Below, piece by piece: positions 9,667 through 17,796 of a stretch of 64,000 bases of DNA. Numbering within the stretch: the first letter of the stretch is position 1; each line of letters begins with the position of its first letter. The stretch lies in IMG/VR virus record IMGVR_UViG_3300042991_000201, positions 1 to 64,000 of that record; one strand, written 5' to 3'. The position numbers were made by a program, and so were the translations under genes. The notes beneath the pieces were generated by a model. That model saw only the letters and a list, made by a program, of their open reading frames with translations, was not told the origin of the DNA and did no database searches. Source of the DNA: a virus.

Positions 9667-9865
9667 TCTTTAGCTCTGATATTTTGTCCATCATAATAGA
9701 CAGATAGATTGGACTAAAAGCACCCGCAATAGTAACGCCAGACAGGATTATATCTGCCATAGGAATTCCATTTTTTGACAAGAAGGCATAGGAAGTCCAT
9801 CCCGCTACCCATAGGGCCATGACAATCTGCCCAAACAGTGAAATTCGTTTTGCTTTATTTGCCAT
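9650..9865 (-). CDS. putative holin (2 TM)
   Basis: MANKAK start after GGAG; two TM helices and a charged C-terminal tail. Confidence 0.65.
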   Translation of the reverse strand: MANKAKRISLFGQIVMALWVAGWTSYAFLSKNGIPMADIILSGVTIAGAFSPIYLSIMMDKISELKNGRKE

Positions 9866-9966
9866 ACATAATCTCCTCAGCGTTAGGTGTATTTGCAAAT
9901 GCCCCAAAGTATTCATCTAACCAGTGCACATCCTGTGCACCTATACCTACTTGCAATCCATTTAAT

Positions 9967-10938
9967 TCAATCTTCATAGTGAATATCCTCCCCTAGTGTA
10001 TAGAATGTAGGTTGAAATTTAAGTATTCTTCCATTACGAACAGTCATCTTAATAATCCAAAAGCCTGTATAAGCATCCATACGTCTACCTCTCATAAATC
10101 CTGTTTGTTTCTGTATACACCCCCCTGCAACTACATAGGAACCCTTATACTTAAAAGATATGGCTTTATGGTCATGTGCCGTTATCAATATACTAGGTCG
10201 ATCTGATATAGGTATTGAATCTAAGATTCTCTGTCCTCTATGAGATAATGCCGCACTCGCCCCAGCATCCGTACCATGGAATAATGTTATTTTAATATCA
10301 TTTACTACGATAGACCCATCGTTAGTACCTAGATATCTTAAATTGCCTACAGCATTGCACACCTCTTCTACTATATCAACTCCCATGCCTATTTTAGTAT
10401 TAAAGGATTCATCGTGATTTCCATTTATAACATACATAGGCAGTGGGCATTGTTTGAATATGCGGATAGCCTCATCTCTCTGTGCTTTATACCCAATAGA
10501 TGACAACTCATATACATGAGAGGGTCTATTCATCATACCTTCTACAACGTCACCAGCATGAACTACAAATGAACAGTTCTCAGTTTGAAACTCCCTAAAA
10601 GCTGATAAAATATCTTGAGGGTCAGTATCAATACTACCTATGTGGGTATCTGCTAATACGCCAAATGTAATGGTCTCCCCCGCATACGATACATCCGGGA
10701 CTTGCTTAGTTACAGGAGTTATTCTACTTGAAGATATAATCCCTTTCAACTCACTGTCTGTAAATCTCTTCTTGAGTGCTAGATATATTAAAGCCCCTTC
10801 TCCATAAATCTCTTTGTACTTTCTGCGATACCTTTCCAGTGTAGATATAGGTAATCCATATACTTCTGATGCTCGGGTATCCCCATGAGTCAGTGCATAG
10901 TCTATTACTTCAGTTACTCTTTCTTTACCAACTGGCAT
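9967..10938 (-). CDS. calcineurin-like metallophosphoesterase with N-terminal HTH
   Basis: ADTH, AGDVVEG, GNHD, FHG, AHDH. Confidence 0.85.
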   Translation of the reverse strand: MPVGKERVTEVIDYALTHGDTRASEVYGLPISTLERYRRKYKEIYGEGALIYLALKKRFTDSELKGIISSSRITPVTKQVPDVSYAGETITFGVLADTHIGSIDTDPQDILSAFREFQTENCSFVVHAGDVVEGMMNRPSHVYELSSIGYKAQRDEAIRIFKQCPLPMYVINGNHDESFNTKIGMGVDIVEEVCNAVGNLRYLGTNDGSIVVNDIKITLFHGTDAGASAALSHRGQRILDSIPISDRPSILITAHDHKAISFKYKGSYVVAGGCIQKQTGFMRGRRMDAYTGFWIIKMTVRNGRILKFQPTFYTLGEDIHYED

Positions 10939-10957
10939 CGTACAAACCCCTTGATGT

Positions 10958-11017
10958 AAAAAATAGACAGAGCTATATGCTCTGCCTCTATTATATAATA
11001 CCTACCTTATATGTCAA
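10958..11017 (-). promoter_or_regulatory. sigma70-type promoter overlapping an intrinsic terminator hairpin
   Basis: TTGACA-16-TATAAT then GGCAGAGC-ATATA-GCTCTGTC-TATTTTTT. Confidence 0.7.
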
Positions 11018-11023
11018 GTGTCC

Positions 11024-11362
11024 CTAGATTGGGTCACGTACTGTATCCCTACAACTGAAAGAAGCCTCTTCTCTATACGGTAGTCCTGTTCCGTATGTAC
11101 CTGTATACGTTCCTTCTACGGTAAATACTCTTCTACCTTTATCATTTGCGAATAACAAGTCATCTCCGCTCATTACAAACGAATATAAGGTTCCAGTTAT
11201 GGTTACTGCAATCCTGTCTCGTGCATTGATGACAAGTCCTTTGGTGTCTGTTAAACTCCATACACACGTTGTCGGTATAAATGCAGTTCCATTTAGATCA
11301 AGGAAATTAACTATGATGACGAAGGTGCTTCCTTCATTCGGCGATTCTGATAATACGGTCAT
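11024..11362 (-). CDS. putative tail/baseplate-associated protein (BppU-N-like)
   Basis: Beta-rich sequence and position; weak family resemblance. Confidence 0.5.
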   Translation of the reverse strand: MTVLSESPNEGSTFVIIVNFLDLNGTAFIPTTCVWSLTDTKGLVINARDRIAVTITGTLYSFVMSGDDLLFANDKGRRVFTVEGTYTGTYGTGLPYREEASFSCRDTVRDPI

Positions 11363-11493
11363 GCCTCCCCCTTAATAGATGTAGTATATGTCTTGGCAGT
11401 CAACCCTATTCTGTGGGTACTGCCTAGCATACTTATAGCTGACTTCTTTGCAGAAACCAATAAATTGAATACTCGTGATATGATAGTAGTCAT
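11359..11493 (-). CDS. small hypothetical protein (44 aa)
   Basis: GAGG SD; ATGA overlap with the next gene; not in the ORF track. Confidence 0.45.
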   Translation of the reverse strand: MTTIISRVFNLLVSAKKSAISMLGSTHRIGLTAKTYTTSIKGEA

Positions 11494-11525
11494 TTATGTC
11501 CTCTTTTCTTTCATGCAGTTCATCT

Positions 11526-11930
11526 CTATACTTTCCAGAATATTCTTTTAGAGACTAACCGTCCCGTTCTAACCGTCTTTGAATCCCCGTAAGGATCATA
11601 CTCTACTTTACCAGTACCATCTCCACATACAAAATGCCCTATTGTAGACCGCCCTTCTGTATATTCAAAACGAAGAATCTCATATTCATCTTTTTTGGTG
11701 ATATATGTATTAAGTCCTTTTGCCATTGCCCACTTTGTACCTGTCATCATCTCCATGAGTTTGACTGGCTCTTTCACGTAGCAATCAGCCTCTATATACC
11801 CCAATTCAAGTGCTTGCCTATATACGTCGAGAGCATCTACATTCTTACGTGTCACCTTCTCTGCAAGATATACAAGACTGAATATATAGCAACCGTCCTT
11901 GCCCATTATTTCTGCTATTTTCTGATACAT
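11526..11930 (-). CDS. DUF261-like papain-fold cysteine peptidase, candidate endolysin
   Basis: GCYIFSL (Cys), GHFV (His), YDP (Asp). Confidence 0.6.
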   Translation of the reverse strand: MYQKIAEIMGKDGCYIFSLVYLAEKVTRKNVDALDVYRQALELGYIEADCYVKEPVKLMEMMTGTKWAMAKGLNTYITKKDEYEILRFEYTEGRSTIGHFVCGDGTGKVEYDPYGDSKTVRTGRLVSKRIFWKV

Positions 11931-12661
11931 GAGTCCTCCTTACCGAGTGTATACTTTATATATGCGCTATAGTCTTTTTCCATGGCATCTAAATCTGCAT
12001 ATGTAGTACGTGCCAGCTTGAAGGCTCTGTTGAAGATGGTATTAACAGATTCTTCTAATATTGGCATATTCTCTTTGTGGATGGCATATAATTCTGGACG
12101 GGTCACGAGCCTTCCTCTCCAATACACGTTTAGTCCTTCAGTCACTTTCTGCATTACTACGCCACATTTCTTGTCTATGTATGCAATCTGTTCTTCCATA
12201 GATAACTCTGCATAGTGATTTGCTTTGAACGCGGTACGCACATACGATTTTATCTCCACAGCAATAGCCATAAGGGTAACTGTATATGCAGTATATTCTG
12301 GATGCTGAACGTATGAATCCACACCCTCTAATTTTTTACTAAGGATAGACAGGAAAAGATATTTCATAGTACCCTGTATCTCTTCTGCTGTCTCTTCGTA
12401 GAATCTCATCTGCTCTTCAAGAAGGATGTTTTTTCGCTCTTGTCGAGATTCAATATACTCTGTGGTACGGTATATCAGCTCCACGATATCTCCAGCGTAG
12501 GGGCATTTTGCGTGTGGTGAAACTTTTGGTAATGAAGATTTGCCTATAAGGATACCGGCCTTTGACAAAGACAGATATCCAACACGCCATATGATAACAA
12601 TAAGCGCCATAGATATGACCGAGATAGAAGCGAAACCCCAAGGGGTAGCAAGCATTTCCAT
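11915..12661 (-). CDS. N-terminally membrane-anchored helical protein
   Basis: TM helix at about residues 10-27; overlaps the peptidase gene. Confidence 0.7.
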   Translation of the reverse strand: MEMLATPWGFASISVISMALIVIIWRVGYLSLSKAGILIGKSSLPKVSPHAKCPYAGDIVELIYRTTEYIESRQERKNILLEEQMRFYEETAEEIQGTMKYLFLSILSKKLEGVDSYVQHPEYTAYTVTLMAIAVEIKSYVRTAFKANHYAELSMEEQIAYIDKKCGVVMQKVTEGLNVYWRGRLVTRPELYAIHKENMPILEESVNTIFNRAFKLARTTYADLDAMEKDYSAYIKYTLGKEDSCIRK

Positions 12662-12680
12662 TATGACAACTCCTTATGCC

Positions 12681-12908
12681 TCAGATTCTATAGATTTTTT
12701 GTGCTTCATGCAATTCCGAGATCCTGTCCCTTGACTGCTGTCTTGCCAGTATGACATCCTCCGGCACCGCCTTGCCCGTCTCCGCCTTTCTCACCGCATA
12801 CCAGTCGGTCGATGAGAGATATGCAGTCAGGGTGGCAATCTCGGTCAGCTTGTCGGCTTCAAGCTTTTCAGTATCCAGCGTGGCTTGCGTCTTCCCAGTC
12901 AAAAGCAT
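12681..12908 (-). CDS. putative tail-fibre assembly chaperone
   Basis: YLSSTDWY...R...R.RI pattern typical of small genes after fibre genes. Confidence 0.6.
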   Translation of the reverse strand: MLLTGKTQATLDTEKLEADKLTEIATLTAYLSSTDWYAVRKAETGKAVPEDVILARQQSRDRISELHEAQKIYRI

Positions 12909-13217
12909 TTAATCATCCCCTCCAAAAATCATTCCACCTACGCTATTGTTATAGTACTCGGGGTTTACATCCCAGTATTCGGTGGTGTCCCAGCCCGTGC
13001 AGGAACCAGAATAATATCTCCGCACCGTAACAAACAATTCGCCATTCTCACGGTGCGCTTCAAGGATTACACCTTCCGTCTGTTCATTTATTTCTGGCCA
13101 TGTTACTGATGCAAGGTCGAACTCGTAATCTTCGCCGTCGATACGGAGCGTGTTCTCTCCGGTTGCTTCGATGAGGGTATCTTTGGTGTCATGCACTGGT
13201 CTGTACTTCAGTTTCAT
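12909..13217 (-). CDS. tail-fibre-associated small protein
   Basis: LRIDGEDYEF...ELFVTV; follows the tail-tip gene. Confidence 0.55.
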   Translation of the reverse strand: MKLKYRPVHDTKDTLIEATGENTLRIDGEDYEFDLASVTWPEINEQTEGVILEAHRENGELFVTVRRYYSGSCTGWDTTEYWDVNPEYYNNSVGGMIFGGDD

Positions 13218-13230
13218 TGTTTCTCCTTTA

Positions 13231-16200
13231 TTACTTCCAGCGGCCTATTACGTGGATATATGCGGCCTGTGCATATTGACTACGGTATACTAACGTGTAC
13301 CCATTCACCTGCATCCAGACATCAAAATAACCCCCTGTCCCATTACTCGGAACCTGGGATTTACCTATCCCTATACTGTTGTCCGAAACGCCATAGCTCC
13401 CATCAAATATGAAGGTCACAGGTAATGTCACGGCTGTTGAAACCCCTCCGCCAACGCAAGCGTTGATGGTTTTCCAGCACTCCATCGTCCCGTCGCTGTA
13501 CTTTATCCATGAGCCGTTGGTGTTCGAGCCTGATTCGATGATCCCCGCGCCGATCTGGGCATAGCGCTGGAGGACTGCTAATCTTATGCTGTATACGACC
13601 CCTGCGATTTTTAGGTATACAATCGCTATTTCGCCATTGGTGGTTTGCACGGCATTAGGCTGGGCATTAACATCAGACGCGTCGATTGTGTTGTATGTAG
13701 ACTTCTCGGCCCCCGTGTAGTCTACCCACCCCAAATCGCCCGTAGAGTCGTGGTTGAAGTAGATCTGTATATTATCGCTAACATCAACGGTCACGCATGG
13801 TTGATTTATGTAATACGACGTTTCTACGCTTGGCCCGTAAAACCCAGAACTCCCGATATCCATATATATTTTTATAGTCGCTAATTTGGCATTGGAATTC
13901 TTATATGCCATGACAAAATGATTGTCGTGTAGATGTGCAAACGATATTGACGCACTCATGGTTGATGTTCCCACAGTCATCACATCAGCGATAGGTGTGG
14001 CGTCCCAATTATCTGCAACAAAATGATTGTACTGGTTTATTTTTAATTTTTTATTAGCACCATCAATATACTCCCACATTGCGAATAATCTGTTATCGGG
14101 AGTTTCAAATAGCGCGACGTTTTCATCGTTCGCTATGATTGAAGCAACTTTTTGCCTGCTGGTATACCCGGAGCCGTCCCACTTCGTGGATATGATAGCT
14201 GTGCCATACGTTGGGTCTGAAACAACCTCATACACCAACATCCTGTCGCCATTATTTCGCGAGAAATATTTCGGACAGTGCCCTTGCGCCATGGGCGATC
14301 CAAGAGTGTCTATCGTCACCGTACTCCCGGTTGCGCTACGATACTCCAGCAATTTATTACTAAGACTGTACGCAATTAAAAAGCTACCATCGTTCAAAAA
14401 TATTATGGCCGGGTGAGGATGAGGGCCCGCCCCGGTTGCCAGAATGATTGATAGTTCCGGCGACAGATCACACTTAGCCAGATGATCTCCGTCGTATAGT
14501 ATCGCGCCTACCCCAAGCCGTCCGATTCGAGCGCGTAACTGCTCATTAGAAGCGGGAACAGTATCAGGAATATCAACCCAGTCAATTTTCTCGTCATGGA
14601 GCCGCACCGCGCGTTTCTGGACGCCAGAGCCTGTCTCATATTGTATCCTTCCACCGTTAGGGACAACAATGGATTGAGCGAATAGCTCATTGACAAAAGC
14701 CGTAACTACGCCAAGAGTCTGAAATAAAGTAGCGATCCCGTAATCAGCCGCAACACCATAACTATTACTCTCGGCCCATGCCACATCCGTAAGTGCCTCA
14801 ACAAATTTAGCTTGTATTGATGTGCTTGAAGCTGTAGTTATTCTCTCGTATGTCCAATCATTGTTCCACCAAACTCCCCGTTGTGGGGCAGTATCATCAG
14901 TGTGATATACTGTCCACCAATCACCCAAATTTGGGGAAGCAGGGTGAGCATGATCGTACCGACCTTTGTATGATGGTGCGGTACTTGCAGTCACCCCGCC
15001 AGTGGTTATAAGTTTAGATACTCTTCTCAAAGCAATCCTATCTGCAAATCCCGCCCTACTTGCCGTGAATTGTACTGACCCCGTTAAAGTTGCATCACTA
15101 GCAAAGGCAGATACCGTCCACCTGTTAGCAAATTCTCCAGTACCGAATGAACCAGATATCCCATTCACACTTACAGTAATACTCCATCCGGGAGTATCAT
15201 CAACCCCATCACGTAATATAGACACATCAAAATACGCATTGGTCAATATAGGGCTTGATCCATCGACATTAGCGGATACATTGATATCACTCTGGGCAAC
15301 CGATATTGCTATCACTTCAGGCACAGGTGCAACAGGGTTAGCACTAAAGGTTTGGGCGGTTAGGGTACCCATATCTTCGCTGTATGCACGAACACGGTAT
15401 CTATATTGTTCTGTGGACTCATTCCAAGCCTTCTCAGTTACAATGCTCACTTGATCAGTACCATCACCAAGTAGCACCCTAACAAATTCTCCGACAGGTC
15501 GATTCTCTTCACTGATAAAACCATATTGGGTAGAGTTTATGAGATGTTGTGCGGCAAGTTTAATAGCAAGGACATCTGCTATAGTCTTAGAAAATATAAA
15601 TGTACTTACATACTTATCCAAGTCCTCTGCGGTTGTCACATTCTTTACTATGGCTTTACGCTCTGCTGTCTTATAGAGGACTTTACCGTAGACGTTAAGA
15701 TAATATAAACTTAGATATCCTGCTGTAGGATTATTGACTACCAGCTCTGCCCTACGATTCTCAAATACCGATTTAGTCAACGTAAGTCCTGCATCCCCAC
15801 GCCAATCCACACGATGTTCGGATGTAGCAACTATGGCGGAGAAATCGGAAGAAAACGCTTTGTAATTATAATCGAGTTTGTCAACTATAGCTTTATTTGT
15901 CCAATACTTTACGGCATTGTCATCATATTCTTGATATACGATCTGATTCAGTCCCGTAGTTTCGTCAATTACATTTGTTTCTGGGGGGTATGAGAATCCA
16001 TTGGGGATCGGGTATCCTGCAAAACTACCATCACTTGCATAGGGCAATTCTCCGTCTCTATAGAGGAGCATTTCATTATTGCCTTCTGTGGTTACTGCCG
16101 CACCTAACTCGTAATATATGACTTCAGCACCATCATACGATTTTAGTGTATCCCCAATATCTATCTGCTGGATTATGTTTGTCTCATTAAATTCAAAGGT

Positions 16201-16827
16201 CGTGGTGGCATTCTGTATCCAACGAAGTGGGCTTATTTGTCCACCAAGAGACATATTCAAGACCCACCCATACTCAAATAGAAGGGTATCAAGGAGGTCT
16301 TTACATAAATCGTTAGGATCAGGTGGAGTGAATGCTTCTATAACATCGCTGATAACTATATTAGAGTCAATCTGACTGTCAGACAATCCACACAGATAAC
16401 ATAATTGGTGAACTATGGATTGAGTCTTATTAGCAGGATTCATTATCTGATAATTCCTATAACAAATATCACCAGCGGCTTTGTCCAAGAGAGTCAATTC
16501 ATCTACAGCCTCTACATTGAAAAAAGTGTTGTCCAATATGCCATTATAGGTACGAGATTTAGTTGGGGGAATTCGACCATAGAATATAACATTGAACCCT
16601 ACATCGAGAACTTCTGTTATATGCACTATAACTTCTTTTTCATTATAGTGTAATAGTGGGAAGATTACTGAATCATATATAAGAGAGAAAGAAGCAGTGT
16701 TCTGTGCAAAATGCCAATTATCAGAGAAAGCCCTTGTGGAGATTTGCAGGGTATCGTATTTAACATACGAGGAAACATCACGGAATCCAGAGCCATCTTG
16801 AAAATCCAGATATACTTTGCGGTACAT
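13231..16827 (-). CDS. large tail-tip/central fibre (receptor-binding) protein
   Basis: 1198 aa downstream of TMP; propeller-like region; C-terminal GSNTNGSWIKYSDGTMECW...IG fibre-type domain. Confidence 0.8.
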   Translation of the reverse strand: MYRKVYLDFQDGSGFRDVSSYVKYDTLQISTRAFSDNWHFAQNTASFSLIYDSVIFPLLHYNEKEVIVHITEVLDVGFNVIFYGRIPPTKSRTYNGILDNTFFNVEAVDELTLLDKAAGDICYRNYQIMNPANKTQSIVHQLCYLCGLSDSQIDSNIVISDVIEAFTPPDPNDLCKDLLDTLLFEYGWVLNMSLGGQISPLRWIQNATTTFEFNETNIIQQIDIGDTLKSYDGAEVIYYELGAAVTTEGNNEMLLYRDGELPYASDGSFAGYPIPNGFSYPPETNVIDETTGLNQIVYQEYDDNAVKYWTNKAIVDKLDYNYKAFSSDFSAIVATSEHRVDWRGDAGLTLTKSVFENRRAELVVNNPTAGYLSLYYLNVYGKVLYKTAERKAIVKNVTTAEDLDKYVSTFIFSKTIADVLAIKLAAQHLINSTQYGFISEENRPVGEFVRVLLGDGTDQVSIVTEKAWNESTEQYRYRVRAYSEDMGTLTAQTFSANPVAPVPEVIAISVAQSDINVSANVDGSSPILTNAYFDVSILRDGVDDTPGWSITVSVNGISGSFGTGEFANRWTVSAFASDATLTGSVQFTASRAGFADRIALRRVSKLITTGGVTASTAPSYKGRYDHAHPASPNLGDWWTVYHTDDTAPQRGVWWNNDWTYERITTASSTSIQAKFVEALTDVAWAESNSYGVAADYGIATLFQTLGVVTAFVNELFAQSIVVPNGGRIQYETGSGVQKRAVRLHDEKIDWVDIPDTVPASNEQLRARIGRLGVGAILYDGDHLAKCDLSPELSIILATGAGPHPHPAIIFLNDGSFLIAYSLSNKLLEYRSATGSTVTIDTLGSPMAQGHCPKYFSRNNGDRMLVYEVVSDPTYGTAIISTKWDGSGYTSRQKVASIIANDENVALFETPDNRLFAMWEYIDGANKKLKINQYNHFVADNWDATPIADVMTVGTSTMSASISFAHLHDNHFVMAYKNSNAKLATIKIYMDIGSSGFYGPSVETSYYINQPCVTVDVSDNIQIYFNHDSTGDLGWVDYTGAEKSTYNTIDASDVNAQPNAVQTTNGEIAIVYLKIAGVVYSIRLAVLQRYAQIGAGIIESGSNTNGSWIKYSDGTMECWKTINACVGGGVSTAVTLPVTFIFDGSYGVSDNSIGIGKSQVPSNGTGGYFDVWMQVNGYTLVYRSQYAQAAYIHVIGRWK

Positions 16828-16893
16828 TCCTATGTCCTCCTATGGGGTCTACGTTATAGAAAATAAACTAGAATATACCGCTCTGTCAAGACC

Positions 16894-17646
16894 CTAGAGT
16901 ATTATAAATGTAAATACAATAAGAGATAGTACAATAGCAATGCCAAGATATATTCGTTTGAATATCTTGACAGCTATGGGATATAAATAATTGTTCTCTG
17001 CTGATTCAACTCTCGCATTGTCTAGGAACCCTCTATATGCTTCAGTATCATGGGCATACACAAGAGAAGACATTGGCAATAGAGAAGTCTTACCCTTCTT
17101 TATTGCTGGAACTATATGTGTATACAGCATCCAGACTGGCGCCAATTTTGGCACTATATCGTTTCCATTAACAAGACGCACAATGCCAGCACACCGTTGT
17201 TTAACTAACCTAGAACCAAGCAAGCCAAATACTCTTGGAGAACCTGTAACAAGACACGATACTGGAACGGTGACTGTACCTATCTCTTTCAGATACGCCA
17301 TATCCTCATAACACAGAGTTGCTATAGCGGCTCCGAGAGAATGGCCTGAGATATGAATTGAATCAAACTCTGATTTACGAGTAGATACAAACAAAAGAAT
17401 ATCATCTCGACAAATTTTATATATTTTCAGAAATCCAGCATGGACGAAGAATGTGCGTTTCATCTGTTTATATGGCTTTTTCCAGAACATAAAATTGTGA
17501 ATCCAGTCTTTCGCAGACACAGAACCTAGGAACCCTATATAGAGAGTACGGTCTTTAATCCCTATAGACAATTCCACATCTTTAGAAGGGTCTATTGTCT
17601 TGTAGGGGAAAGTGGGATTAAAGCATAAATCAATTTCTTTTTGCAT
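16894..17646 (-). CDS. class 3 lipase (alpha/beta hydrolase) with C-terminal TM anchor
   Basis: FLGS, VHAGF, GHSLGAA, GSPRV, DIVP, C-terminal His. Confidence 0.9.
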   Translation of the reverse strand: MQKEIDLCFNPTFPYKTIDPSKDVELSIGIKDRTLYIGFLGSVSAKDWIHNFMFWKKPYKQMKRTFFVHAGFLKIYKICRDDILLFVSTRKSEFDSIHISGHSLGAAIATLCYEDMAYLKEIGTVTVPVSCLVTGSPRVFGLLGSRLVKQRCAGIVRLVNGNDIVPKLAPVWMLYTHIVPAIKKGKTSLLPMSSLVYAHDTEAYRGFLDNARVESAENNYLYPIAVKIFKRIYLGIAIVLSLIVFTFIIL

Positions 17647-17781
17647 TTATACAGTCTCCAATTCATTTAGTGTCAGACGAGCTTCTTCCCTTTTAGTCAA
17701 TTTATCAACATACTTCCCAAGCAAAGCTATGATGTTTCTCCTATACACTATAACTTCGCTTATCTGTACACTATCAGCCAT
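17647..17781 (-). CDS. small hypothetical protein (44 aa)
   Basis: AAGGAG SD; abuts the lipase start; not in the ORF track. Confidence 0.5.
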   Translation of the reverse strand: MADSVQISEVIVYRRNIIALLGKYVDKLTKREEARLTLNELETV

Positions 17782-17796
17782 ATTAGTGTGTCTCCT

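Noticed and set aside
13231-13560. Diversity-generating retroelement target in the tail-fibre C-terminus
   Set aside because: No template repeat or reverse transcriptase seen in the window
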